Source of the DNA: Minisyncoccota bacterium
GTDB lineage: Bacteria > Patescibacteriota > Minisyncoccia > UBA6257 > UBA9933
Assembly: GCA_041653755.1 (NCBI GenBank)
Contig: JBAZEU010000002.1
Location: 16,707 to 80,706 of the forward strand
Direction: 5' to 3'
DNA: 64,000 nucleotides
Shown: positions 1 to 9,699 of the stretch, one piece after another
How the letters are laid out: every line of letters starts with the position of its first letter
How positions within the stretch are numbered: the first letter of the stretch is position 1
Position numbers and translations under genes: made by a program
The notes under the pieces: model-generated
The model's input: the letters and a program-made list of their open reading frames with translations, nothing else
The model's database searches: none
What the model was told of the DNA's origin: nothing

Positions 1-526
1 ATACGCAGATTTTATAAGTTTTGCTGTTTGGGATGAGATTGACCTTGATGATTTTTCAGCAATTGAAGAAGATATTGATATCTTAAACCAAAATATTCTT
101 ATTGTTGGTCTTAATATCAGTCGTGGCGTAAAAAAATTTCAAAATTTTCATGTTAGACATCGTGGCGGTAGAGATTCTTGGCTGAGGGGTGCATTCAATC
201 GCAGTTGTTTCCGTGGGGCTTACATGACTGATATTATTAAAAATGATGTGTCGCCAAAACAATCATTAGTAGATTTAAATAAAAATAATATTTTGAGAAA
301 TGTAGATGATTTTAGAAAAGAGATACATTTTATAGAGTGCAAAACTCCAGATATCATTGCGATCGGCGATAAAACAACCGAAATTTTACAACATTATTTT
401 CTTGAATATGCTGAAAGTATTTATTCTATACCGCATTATGCAAAACGTGGCATTAAGAAAGAAGAATTTTTTGAATCAGTGAAGGAATTAGAAGGAAAAT
501 TGATCAATAAAAAATTAGGCAAATAA
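1..526 (+). CDS. Hypothetical protein, 5'-truncated by the window; possibly uracil-DNA-glycosylase-like fold
   Basis: The frame of ORF 224..526 is open back to position 2 (…ILIVGLNISR…FQNFH…FRGAYMTDIIK…IIAIG…IPHYA). Motif spacing resembles the UDG superfamily. Confidence 0.55.
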   Translation, partial: YADFISFAVWDEIDLDDFSAIEEDIDILNQNILIVGLNISRGVKKFQNFHVRHRGGRDSWLRGAFNRSCFRGAYMTDIIKNDVSPKQSLVDLNKNNILRNVDDFRKEIHFIECKTPDIIAIGDKTTEILQHYFLEYAESIYSIPHYAKRGIKKEEFFESVKELEGKLINKKLGK

Positions 527-531
527 ATTTT

Positions 532-726
532 ATGAACGGACAAAATAGGGAAGACGTAAAAATCGGTTCGAAAGTGGAAATTGTGCTAAAGGCGGACCAG
601 AGAACGGGAACGCTTACTTACGGAATAGTGGCGGAAATTTTGACGAGCTCTAGTTTCCACCCTCATGGGATAAAAGTTCGCTTAGAAGACGGGCAGGTTG
701 GCCGGGTGCAAAATATTATTGAATAG
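532..726 (+). CDS. YwbE/DUF2196 family protein
   Basis: IVLKADQRTGTLTYGIVAEILTSSSFHPHGIKVRLEDGQVGRV matches the family pattern. Confidence 0.85.
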   Translation: MNGQNREDVKIGSKVEIVLKADQRTGTLTYGIVAEILTSSSFHPHGIKVRLEDGQVGRVQNIIE

Positions 727-2473
727 GGGTGTTGAGATATTTTTTAATCCCTTCTAATGCTTTTTGGGACCATTGCTTGGCTTTGGTCTTTTCTTTTTCT
801 AATTCCTCATCAGAAATTTTTGGCGATAGTTTTGTATTGGTTTGGTAGTAGATTTTTAAAAATGGTTCGGTGCCGGATGGACGAATAGTGATAGATTGAA
901 GCTTATCTGCAGACAGGTAAAAAGTTAAAGCGTTCGAATCAAGAAGATTATTTTTATCAAACCAGTCCTTTATTTTTAGAATTTTTTCGCCAGCCACTTC
1001 CTTCGGCGGATTCTTACGGAGTTTAGTCATTATTCCCCCCATTTTTGGAAAGTTTTCAGCTCCTTCAAAAGGAATTTCTAAAAGCGTTTCCCAGTAAAGG
1101 CCATATTTTTTGTAAAGTTCGTTTAGTTGGTCTATCAGGGTTTTATTTTTGCTTTTTAAAATCGAACAAAATTCAGCTAAAAGAAGCGCTGCGACAGCCG
1201 CATCTTTATCTCTAGCATAAATTCCTTTCAAGAAGCCGTTGGTGTCTTCAGCGCCGAAAGTAAATTTTCCGTTTTCATCAATCGTATGAATAATATATTT
1301 AAAACCAACTAGCAAATCGTCATTAATTTTTATATTAAATTCTTTCGCTAGATCGGATAAAAGAGAAGTAGTGATAAAAGTTTTAGAAATAAAAGAATTC
1401 TTATCCAGTCGTTTTCGGCCTCTTAATTCACTTAAAATATAAAACCCCAAGAGTGAAATGATTTGATTCCCGGTTAGAAAAACATATTTCCCATTTTTAT
1501 CGCGGCAAACTACGCCTAAACGATCAGCGTCTGGATCAGTAAAAAATCCGATATCGGCTTCAACCTCTTCGCATCTTTTGATAGTCAATTCTGCCGTTTC
1601 TTCGAATTCCGGATTAGGAATGTTGTTTTTGATTGTGGGGAATTTTCCATTTAGCTCCAGCTGTTCTTCTACTAAAAAGACATCCCTAAATCCGGCTTTT
1701 TCTATCACCGGTAAAACATTGGTTGCGCCGGTTCCGTGAAGAGGAGAAAAAACAATTTTTGCCGATCTGGCGCGAGGATTGAGAGATTCTCGAATTACGT
1801 TATATACATAAACATCATCGGTTTCTTCCTCAATAAATTTTATTTTTCCTTTTTCTTTGGCCTGTAAGAATCCCGTGGTTTTTATTTTTTCCGCTTTCTG
1901 GGCTAATTCTTTTATCTTTAATCCATCTTCCGGCATTACGGCGCCATCTTTGAAATATATTTTTATGCCGTTGTCGGTTGGGGGATTATGGCTGGCAGAA
2001 ATTACGATGCCGGCTTCGGCATTCAAGTGTCTTACGGTAAAAGACAGTTCAGGTGTTGAACGAGGGTTTTTAAAAAGATAAACCTGAAAACCATTAGCGA
2101 CAAAAATTGTGGCGACATAATTGGCAAAAACCTTTGAAGTCAGGCGAGTGTCGAAAGCGATTGCGACGCTGCCTTGATGCGTTTTTTTATTCAAAAAATC
2201 AGCTAGCCCCTGCGCTATCTCACCGATAGTAATTTTATTTATTCTGTTTGAGCCAACTCCGATTTTTCCGCGTCGGCCACTGGTACCGAAAGGAAGTATC
2301 TGGAAGAAAGCGTCATCAAGCTCTTCCCATTGATTCGATTGAATCAGTTCTTTCAAGTCTTTTTGGGAAGTTGCGTATTTCTTATCGCTAAGCCAGGCAA
2401 AAATATTTTTGTAAGCTGATGGAGAAATCTTTTTTTGTTTTAAGGCCGCATCAAGCTGCGGAAAAGAAGTCAT
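716..2473 (-). CDS. pgm: Phosphoglucomutase/phosphomannomutase
   Basis: FGTSGRRG, catalytic SASHNP, metal loop DPDADR, C-terminal RPSGTEP. Confidence 0.92.
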   Translation of the reverse strand: MTSFPQLDAALKQKKISPSAYKNIFAWLSDKKYATSQKDLKELIQSNQWEELDDAFFQILPFGTSGRRGKIGVGSNRINKITIGEIAQGLADFLNKKTHQGSVAIAFDTRLTSKVFANYVATIFVANGFQVYLFKNPRSTPELSFTVRHLNAEAGIVISASHNPPTDNGIKIYFKDGAVMPEDGLKIKELAQKAEKIKTTGFLQAKEKGKIKFIEEETDDVYVYNVIRESLNPRARSAKIVFSPLHGTGATNVLPVIEKAGFRDVFLVEEQLELNGKFPTIKNNIPNPEFEETAELTIKRCEEVEADIGFFTDPDADRLGVVCRDKNGKYVFLTGNQIISLLGFYILSELRGRKRLDKNSFISKTFITTSLLSDLAKEFNIKINDDLLVGFKYIIHTIDENGKFTFGAEDTNGFLKGIYARDKDAAVAALLLAEFCSILKSKNKTLIDQLNELYKKYGLYWETLLEIPFEGAENFPKMGGIMTKLRKNPPKEVAGEKILKIKDWFDKNNLLDSNALTFYLSADKLQSITIRPSGTEPFLKIYYQTNTKLSPKISDEELEKEKTKAKQWSQKALEGIKKYLNTPIQ

Positions 2474-2482
2474 GTGTTTTAT

Positions 2483-2833
2483 TTAATTTCTTTGGCTATT
2501 AATAAGTCCTAAAAGCATTTTTGATATAACTTCTAATTCTTTGTAAAAACCTTGAAATGTTTCTGTAGCGATTTGTTTTTCTTCGGAAATTATTTCCATC
2601 AAAGAGACGCATTCATAAACAGAGCCCCTAGCAATTGTATAAAAATTCTTTTTATCCGCTCTTGAAAATTTCCCGCTTCCCTCGGCTATATTTATTACCA
2701 TGCTAATGGAAGCTCTGCGTAGTTGATCACGGACATAAGAATCAATATGATTGTTATCTTTTAGGAATCTTAAAATCTTTTTATTCAGTTCTTTTGTCTT
2801 TTGATAAACGTTAAGATTTTCAAAATCAAACAT
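2483..2833 (-). CDS. Four-helix-bundle protein (23S rRNA IVS protein / Avd-like family)
   Basis: FENLNVYQ…DQLRRASISMVINIAEG…F..IARGSVYEC signature. Confidence 0.9.
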   Translation of the reverse strand: MFDFENLNVYQKTKELNKKILRFLKDNNHIDSYVRDQLRRASISMVINIAEGSGKFSRADKKNFYTIARGSVYECVSLMEIISEEKQIATETFQGFYKELEVISKMLLGLINSQRN

Positions 2834-2844
2834 GTAATTTGTGT

Positions 2845-2912
2845 GAGTAACTTGTAGTTAGGGATAAATTTTTGCTATCAAATTACCAATTACTAAGTAC
2901 TAATTACTCAAA
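2845..2912. repeat. Degenerate heptamer repeat tract / hairpin upstream of the four-helix-bundle gene
   Basis: aattacc aattact aagtact aattact, complementary to gagtaacttgtagttag. Confidence 0.6.
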
Positions 2913-2937
2913 TTTTGAGCATAGCGAAAAATTTATG

Positions 2938-3009
2938 TGCCCCCGATAGGAATCGAACCCATATCAACGCCTTAGAAGAGCGCTGCTCTGTCCATTGAGC
3001 TACAGGGGC
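2938..3009 (-). tRNA. tRNA-Arg(TCT)
   Basis: Cloverleaf on the minus strand; anticodon loop CTTCTAA; GTTCGATTC T-loop. Confidence 0.93.
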
Positions 3010-3066
3010 TGACTATTAAAATCGTTATTGAAATAATATATTTTTTAGCGTAAAATTTCAATCTAA

Positions 3067-3137
3067 CGGAGAGTAGTATAATGGTAGTATTCGTGCTTTG
3101 GGAGCACGAGGCCCGGGTCCGATTCCCGGCTCTCCGA
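3067..3137 (+). tRNA. tRNA-Pro(TGG)
   Basis: CGGAGAG/CTCTCCG acceptor stem; loop TTTGGGA; T-loop TCCGATT. Confidence 0.92.
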
Positions 3138-3183
3138 CTCTTCAACGAATTCAGAGTCGTCCTGAACGAAGCCGAAGGACGAC
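3136..3183. repeat. Inverted dimer of short REP-like palindromes
   Basis: gactcttcaacgaattcagagtc followed by gtcctgaacgaagccgaaggac; same CCTTCG-N-CTCAGG family as the copies in recG and tsaD. Confidence 0.55.
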
Positions 3184-3192
3184 AAAAATAAA

Positions 3193-3223
3193 AAAGGCCT
3201 GATCATATAGCGATCAGGCCTTT
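3193..3223. terminator. Bidirectional intrinsic terminator
   Basis: aaaggcctgatc-N7-gatcaggccttt between convergent tRNA-Pro and LysM genes. Confidence 0.7.
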
Positions 3224-3241
3224 GCGTGCTAACCTCGAGGG

Positions 3242-3637
3242 TTAAAGATTTTTGGGATAAGAAAATTCACTATCCCATTGGTATTTTACTGCTGACGGAA
3301 TTAGTATTGGCTTATTAGCGGGGAGAGTTTGATCGATTCCGTTTTTTTGTCGAATTACTTCGATCAATAGTTGAGCATCGATTTTCTCTCCGTAAGATTT
3401 GGCGATACCCCAGAGAGTATTGCCGGGCTGAACTTGAATTTTTTGCCAACTAAGAACTTGTATATTCTTTGGTGTTGGCCAGCCCTGGTCTAATACTCCG
3501 GAGAATTTCCCCACAACCATTAAAAGAAGAAGTACCACCACAATCCAGCAAAAATTCTTATTATGCCTGCGTTCTTCCGCCTGTTGCAAGAGACTTGCGC
3601 GGTGGCTGCTTCCAATCGTTTCTCTTTTTTCTCTCAT
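3242..3637 (-). CDS. Membrane-anchored LysM domain protein
   Basis: One TM helix, then VQPGNTLWGIAKSY…IRQKNGI…ILIP. Confidence 0.8.
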   Translation of the reverse strand: MREKRETIGSSHRASLLQQAEERRHNKNFCWIVVVLLLLMVVGKFSGVLDQGWPTPKNIQVLSWQKIQVQPGNTLWGIAKSYGEKIDAQLLIEVIRQKNGIDQTLPANKPILIPSAVKYQWDSEFSYPKNL

Positions 3638-3695
3638 TTTTCTTCCCTCCGGTTAGCGTGAATTTGAAATTGTTAAGTTACAATTTAGAATATAC

Positions 3696-3724
3696 ATCAT
3701 AGCATAAAAGGTATTCTTTGTCAA
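3696..3724 (-). promoter_or_regulatory. Sigma70 promoter of the LysM gene
   Basis: TTGACA-17bp-TATGAT on the minus strand with extended TG. Confidence 0.7.
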
Positions 3725-3807
3725 CTACCCTATCAAAGTCCTCAATGCTGACATTTAGTAAAACGGAATAATTTAGAATTTGTTTCTAACTCTAAAATTT
3801 TTTATTG

Positions 3808-3879
3808 TGCCTCGGGGCGGAATCGAACCACCGACGCCATCCTCTTCAGGGATGCGCTCTACCACTGAGCTACCGAGGC
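3808..3879 (-). tRNA. tRNA-Phe(GAA)
   Basis: Cloverleaf; anticodon loop CTGAAGA. Confidence 0.94.
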
Positions 3880-3956
3880 AATAAAATTTATTTTACAGAT
3901 TATAGATTTTAATTGCAAGAATTTTCGTTTTGTAATATATTAGACTTATTCGACAT

Positions 3957-4028
3957 GGAGACATTGGTGTAGTAGTAGCACAACAGTTTGTGGCACTGTT
4001 AGCAGGGGTGCAATCCCCCTATGTCTCC
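3957..4028 (+). tRNA. tRNA-His(GTG)
   Basis: G-1:C73 extra pair; loop TTGTGGC; T-loop TGCAATC. Confidence 0.88.
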
Positions 4029-4044
4029 CACACTTTTTTGAAAC

Positions 4045-4072
4045 TTGACAACTTATTTTGGGTTGCTATACT
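4045..4072 (+). promoter_or_regulatory. rRNA promoter
   Basis: TTGACA-16bp-TATACT with extended TG; boxA-like GCTGTTTGAAAA near 4193. Confidence 0.75.
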
Positions 4073-5144
4073 TAATTTGTATATGAAGATATTGTTATAC
4101 ATATTCAGCGGATGAAACACTCAGGCGTCTTATATTTTGCTTGAAGGTGTCCGCTAGATTGGCGGATTTTTTGTTGAAATGATGAACGGAAAGCTGTTTG
4201 AAAATTTAATAAAAGTTTTTATTCCGACTCGAGCGTGTGGAGTAAAAACTTTGCTAAGCATATATTTGTTATCTGTGCTTGGCACCCGAATTTGTTTCCG
4301 CCACATGCGGAGTAACAAATTCGGCAGAATAATATATTCGATATCTCGTTTCCTGAAAAATTTTAGGGAAATTAAGAGCGTATGGTGGATGCCTTGACAT
4401 CAGAAGGCGAAGAAGGACGTGGCGTAGCTGCGATAAGCCTCGGGGAGGTGCCTAGCAACCTATGAACCGGGGATTTCCGAATGGGGAAACCCGTTTTGGC
4501 AAACCCAAAACAGCTTATGCTATAAATGCATAAGTAGCAGACCCGCTGAAGTGAAACATCTCAATAAGCGGAGGAATAAAAATCAAATGAAATTCTCTTA
4601 GTAGCGGCGAGCGAAAAGGGAAATAGCTCAAACCAATTTTAAGTTTCGCAAGAAATTAAAAATTGGTGTTGTAAGACCTATACACTACTTTGCTAATCGC
4701 TCAGTTCCAAACTTTATGGGGTTGAGCGATTTCCAAGGAAAGGAAAAGTTACAAAATCTTTAGCTAGTTGAATTGGTTGGAAAGCCAAACCAGAGCAGGT
4801 GAAAGTCCTTTAGACGAAAGCCAAAGATCTTTTTAGTATTTGTTCTTGAGTACTTCGACGAATGAACGCGTCGGAGGAAACCGCCAGAACTATCTGGCAA
4901 GGCTAAATACTTCTGATGATCGATAGTGAACTAGTACCGCGAGGGAAAGGTGAAAAATAGGCCGTTGAGGCCGGTGAAATAGAATCTGAAACCATATGCT
5001 TACAAGGAACAGGAGCTCAACCCCAGCGCAAGTTGGGGCGGGTGACTGTGTGCCTATTGAAGAATGAACCAACGACTTTATATGTATCGCTGTCTAAGTC
5101 CTACGGGACGGAGGCACAGCGAAAGCGAGTCTTAATAAGGCGAA

Positions 5145-5415
5145 GTCTTGTGTTTCACAAATCTCATCAATGTGGCGAAGCGAATTTTAAGACAGATTCG
5201 CGACGCGAGGAGCGAAGTGTATCATTAGATACTCGAGCGACGAGCAACAAAGAAGCTGGCAAAAATTCGTCCGCCCCGAAGGGGAAACGAAATAATGGCC
5301 GATTTCTTCGTTACTCCTCTTCGTAGTATCGCAGAGGATACAACTTCATCGTCGCGCCTCGAAATCGTCTGATTCTTTCGTTTCCACATTTGACGATATT
5401 TGTGAAATACAAGAC
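5145..5415 (+). other. ~270-nt hairpin insertion (IVS or expansion segment) in 23S rRNA
   Basis: 18-nt terminal inverted repeat gtcttgtgtttcacaaat…atttgtgaaatacaagac, at a site that is only a few nt long in standard 23S (about E. coli 650). Confidence 0.85.
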
Positions 5416-6490
5416 GTAGCGGTGCGTATAAGACCCGAAGCCAGGCGAGCTTACCTTGACCAGGGTGAACTCCGAGTAAAATCGGAGGGAGGCCCGAACC
5501 GGTTGATTGTGCAAAATCTTCGGATGAGTTGAGGTAAGAAGTGAAAAGCTTATCGAGCTTGGGAATAGCTGGTTCTCTCCGAAATATCTTTAGGGATAGC
5601 CTCAAGTGCTCCTTTTTGGGGGTAGAGCGCTGGATGAGTCGTAATGGGCGAAAGCTCGACGACTCAATCAAACTTCGAATACCAAAAAGTATGAGCTTGG
5701 GAGTCAGACTGTGGGGGCTAAGCTCCATGGTCGAAAGGGAAAAAGCCCAAATCGCCGTCTAAGGTCCCAAAGTACTTGCTAAGTGTGAAAGGCAGTGTTG
5801 AATCAGAGACAGGTAGGAGGTTGGCTTAGAGGTAGCCATCCTTTAAAGAGTGTGTAACAACTCACTATTCAATTGATTTAATGCGCCGAAAATTTATCGG
5901 GGCTAAGCAAGTCACCGACGACGCGAATGAACACATAATTTATTATGTGCTTATGGTAGGAGAGCATCCCAGTACCATTGAAGCCGGACCCGCGAGGGCT
6001 GGTGGAGGAGCTGGGAGAGAGAATGTTGGTATGAGTAACCACAAAGCCAATGAGAAATTGGCTCCCTGAAAATCCAAGGTTTCCGTGGCAATGTAAATCA
6101 TCCACGGGTTAGACGGTCCTTAGGCAATGGCGAAAGCCGCAGCTGATGGACAAACGGTTAATATTCCGTTTCTCCTGTTATTTCTGATGGAGTGACAAAG
6201 AAAATAAAACTGAGCGCCTTAATGGTTTGGCGTCATTTATTTTAAGAATTATTCGGCTAGTAAATCTGTCGAATTATCTTTAATGATAAAATTCAAGAAT
6301 CGATGTAAGTTCCGATTTTTTCGGAATAATTCAGCTGAAGAGTCTTTCGAGAAAAACTTCTAAAGTTAAGATAATAGGAACCGTACCGTAAACCGACACT
6401 GGTGGGTGAGGCGAGAAGCCTCAAGGGAACGAGTGAGTCTTCGTGAAGGAACTCGGCAAAAAAGCGACCGTAACTTAGGGATAAGGTCTT

Positions 6491-6675
6491 CCGGCACCAC
6501 TTTTGATTTTTAGTATTCAAAAAGTGGGCAATGGATTTTTGTTTATGTTGAAATATATCGTAATAAAAAAATATAATCTTTCGAGAGTTATATTTAAAAA
6601 ATTACGATAGAACAAAACAAGAGTTAAAAAAAGAGTAGAGAACCGCTTTTGACTTGAAGTTAAAAGTGGTGCTGG
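6491..6675 (+). other. Enlarged AT-rich helix 63 region in 23S rRNA
   Basis: ccggcaccacttttga…ttaaaagtggtgctgg closes a ~185-nt hairpin with a UUCG apical loop, just after GGGATAAGG. Confidence 0.8.
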
Positions 6676-7356
6676 ACGCAGCGAAAGTTTCTCTGGCGAC
6701 TGTTTACCAAAAACACAGCTCCCTGCGAACTCGTAAGAGGATGTATAGGGGGTGACGCCTGACCGATGCGAGAAGGTTAACGGTGGGGGTGGTATGCCGC
6801 AAGGTGTATTGCTCACTGCCCGAAGCCCTCGTCAATGTCCGCGGTAACTATAACCGTGTTAAAGTAGCGCAATTCCTTTTCGGGTAAGTTCCGAAGCGCA
6901 TGAAAGGCGTAACGATCAGAGAACTGTCTCCACGAAGAGCTCGGTGAAAATGCGATCCCCGTGAAGACGCGGGATACCTGCAACGGGACGAAAAGACCCC
7001 GGGAGCTTTACTGTAGTTTGATATTGGCTTTAAGATTTTAATGCGTAGCGTAGTGGTGAGGATTTGAAGTTCGCCTTTCGGGACGAATGGATCCGACAAT
7101 GAAACAGCCATCTTTAAAATTTTAAATTCTAACCTTGGTGGCAAAAACATCAGGGGACAGTGTCTGACGGGCAGTTTTTCTGGGGCGGAATCCTCCTAAA
7201 GAGTAACGGAGGAGTTTATTAAGGTTGGCTTAGCCCGGATGGAAATCGGGCAAGACGTGTAAAGGCACAAGCCAGCTTGACTGCAAGGCCTACAAGCCGC
7301 GCAGCTGCGAAAGCAGAACTTAGTGACCCGACGATCCTTTATAGGAAGGTCGGAGA

Positions 7357-7390
<34 letters not shown>

Positions 7391-7501
7391 GGTGAGGTCT
7401 AAGAGTCCATATCGACGACCTCGCTCGGCACCTCGATGTCGGCTCACCTTAGCGCCCGGCTGGAGAAGGTCGGAAGCGTTTGGCTGTTCGCCAATTAAAA
7501 G

Positions 7502-7549
<48 letters not shown>

Positions 7550-7921
7550 TGTTGCAGGCGTTGACGCTTGAGGGAAGTTGACCCTAGTACGAGAGGACCG
7601 GGTTGAACGAACCTCTGGTCTACCGGCTTTACTACCAAGTAAAGCGCCGGGTAGCTACGTTCGGAAGGGATAAGCGCTGAAAGCATCTAAGTGCGAAGCC
7701 CTCCCAAGATTAGGCGTCATAGACTCCTCATAGATGATGAGGTTGATAGGCTTTAGGTGTAAGGCCAGTAATGGTTTTAGCCAAGAAGTACTAATAAGTC
7801 ATATCCCTAAATTTTTCAGGAAACGAGAGAGCGAATATATTAAATTTTCAAACCAGAGCACAAAACAAGATTTTGTGCTCGGCCGAACACATAAAGATAT
7901 GTGCTCCGGTTTTAAAAAACT

Positions 7922-8030
7922 TGCCAGTGATCTACTTGTGTGTGTCCCACCTCTTCCCATTCCGAACAGAGAAGTGAAAGCACATAGGGCCGATGATAGT
8001 CCTTCGGGGCGAAAGTAGGCTTTGCTGGCA
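7922..8030 (+). rRNA. rrf: 5S rRNA
   Basis: TGCCAG/CTGGCA ends; CCCATTCCGAAC, GAAGTGAA, CCGATGATAGT, GAAAGTAGG. Confidence 0.93.
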
Positions 8031-8066
8031 TTTTTTTGTTGTTTGAAAAAGTTGTATAATTTGTTT

Positions 8067-8630
8067 ATGCCGAACTTAACGCCAGAGTTTCTATGTAGGG
8101 GTGATAACTTTTGTCTTTTTATATATTCTAAAAATTTCCAAATTCTTAGAATAGTCATTTTGTTTGTGTTGCTTTTATTGGTGATTGGGATTACTGGATT
8201 CATTATCAAGCTTTTCATAAAAAAATTAAAAACCGAATCTATAGACGATGTTACTAAACAACATATTGGCAAAAAAGGAATAAGAACAGGAATTTTAAAC
8301 TTAATATTCACTGCAATCACTTGGGTTATACTCGGCTTTCTTTACACCATTGGACCATCGGCTCAATCTTTTCTTTCTTCAGAAATGGTCATAATTTTTT
8401 TGTTTCCTGTCATAGCATCTATTCTAGAAATTCTTTTCTCTTTAAGAATGAACCAAAATTCTAAGGTTTCTAGAATAGTTCTTCTGATATGCTGGGCTAT
8501 TTCAATTTCTTTTTTCGTAGTAGCCGTATCAATCATTTTAGGTACCTTAACGGGTCCGATAGGTGTTGCCCTCGTTCTCATTATTACTTCTATAATATAT
8601 TTGGGTAACCGTAGGAAAAGAATAACTTAA
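8067..8630 (+). CDS. Hypothetical multi-pass membrane protein
   Basis: About five hydrophobic segments; start chosen at the first ATG after the 5S rRNA. Confidence 0.65.
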   Translation: MPNLTPEFLCRGDNFCLFIYSKNFQILRIVILFVLLLLVIGITGFIIKLFIKKLKTESIDDVTKQHIGKKGIRTGILNLIFTAITWVILGFLYTIGPSAQSFLSSEMVIIFLFPVIASILEILFSLRMNQNSKVSRIVLLICWAISISFFVVAVSIILGTLTGPIGVALVLIITSIIYLGNRRKRIT

Positions 8631-8694
8631 GACAGAATTCAATATCGTATTAGGTCGCCACCGAAAAGTGGCTTTTTTGTTGTTTGAAAAGTTG

Positions 8695-8723
8695 TTGACG
8701 AGTAGAAATCTTTATTGTATATT
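8695..8723 (+). promoter_or_regulatory. Sigma70 promoter
   Basis: TTGACG-17bp-TATATT upstream of an AGGAGG RBS. Confidence 0.6.
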
Positions 8724-8768
8724 AATAATAGCAACAATTTTGTATTACAAATAAATAAGGAGGATTTT

Positions 8769-8966
8769 ATGGCGAAATGGAAAGCAACGTATCGAAAAGA
8801 GGGGGTTAACCCGTTCAACCCAAACTACTGGGAGCTCGGCAATTCAATCGGCTCTATCACAACAAAAGAAGTGCCTGACGATACACCCCGCAAAGAAATA
8901 GAGAAGTTTGCGAGGAAAGTAACTCCAAAAGGGTACAGGTTCGTAAAAGTGGAAAAAGTTACGTAA
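8769..8966 (+). CDS. Small hypothetical protein
   Basis: Strong RBS (taaggagg) before ATG 8769. Confidence 0.65.
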   Translation: MAKWKATYRKEGVNPFNPNYWELGNSIGSITTKEVPDDTPRKEIEKFARKVTPKGYRFVKVEKVT

Positions 8967-9004
8967 GAAAATATTTTTTGTATGTAATTTGGAAAGGAGG
9001 AATA

Positions 9005-9451
9005 ATGTCACAGAAACAAAAAGTTGTTTACCCCATTTTGAGCCAATCGAAACTGAGAAAACTTACTAAAGAACTGGTCGAGATGGGAGATGAAGGCGTA
9101 GTAAAAATTGATTCCCTCCGTGCGAATAAAGGTACTCTTGCTCTAAATATAAAACTGAGTCATAAAACGGGGTCGTTGAACAATGTATATATAGACGGGC
9201 TTTTGGGAATAGTCGGGTTCGAATTTAACCCCTGTAAGGAATTAGATAGGATATATGGCTCAACAGAAAAGTATTATATTTTCTCGTGGAAAAACGGGTT
9301 ATGGATTGCCCGTGGCGACAATTACTATTACGACGGTTATACTACAATATTGATTGAGTGGGCGAACAGGCTGGACAAGGAAACACGGGAAATTGTTTTA
9401 GACAATGATAGGGGAGAAAGAGTAGACGAACATGGGGATACGATAGAATAA
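9005..9451 (+). CDS. Hypothetical protein
   Basis: RBS aaggagg before ATG 9005; followed by a hairpin. Confidence 0.65.
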   Translation: MSQKQKVVYPILSQSKLRKLTKELVEMGDEGVVKIDSLRANKGTLALNIKLSHKTGSLNNVYIDGLLGIVGFEFNPCKELDRIYGSTEKYYIFSWKNGLWIARGDNYYYDGYTTILIEWANRLDKETREIVLDNDRGERVDEHGDTIE

Positions 9452-9469
9452 TGATTTACAAAGAAATCG

Positions 9470-9499
9470 AGGGCTTACTGGAAATTTCCAGTAAGCCCT
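9470..9499 (+). terminator. Intrinsic terminator (perfect palindrome)
   Basis: agggcttactggaaatttccagtaagccct followed by gttttattt. Confidence 0.7.
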
Positions 9500-9552
9500 G
9501 TTTTATTTCTAACAAGTTGCGGAGTGAGATTTTATGGGATAAAATGGACTTT

Positions 9553-9699
9553 ATGCCCAGTAGTGAGCCGAGCGCTGCGTTTTCCGTAACGCCTCTGGGT
9601 ATACTAAGGTTTTTATTACCACATATAGAACTTGTTAATATTAAATGTCGATTAATAAAAACGATTGGGCGTTAATGCGCTCGATCTACTACTGGGTAT
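9553..9699 (+). ncRNA. Candidate structured RNA (6S-like long bulged hairpin, or 5' leader)
   Basis: Nested pairings atgcccagtagt/actactgggtat, gagcgc/gcgctc, taacgcct/gggcgtta, gtttttatta/taataaaaac. Promoter TTGCGG-17-TAAAAT at 9517-9545. Confidence 0.55.

Noticed and set aside
2483-2833. Avd-like gene as a sign of a diversity-generating retroelement, or as the 23S IVS-encoded protein
   Set aside because: No reverse transcriptase or TR/VR pair is visible, and the gene lies outside the 23S.
9451-9675. 74-aa ORF
   Set aside because: It runs through a terminator, a promoter and the structured RNA candidate; likely spurious.
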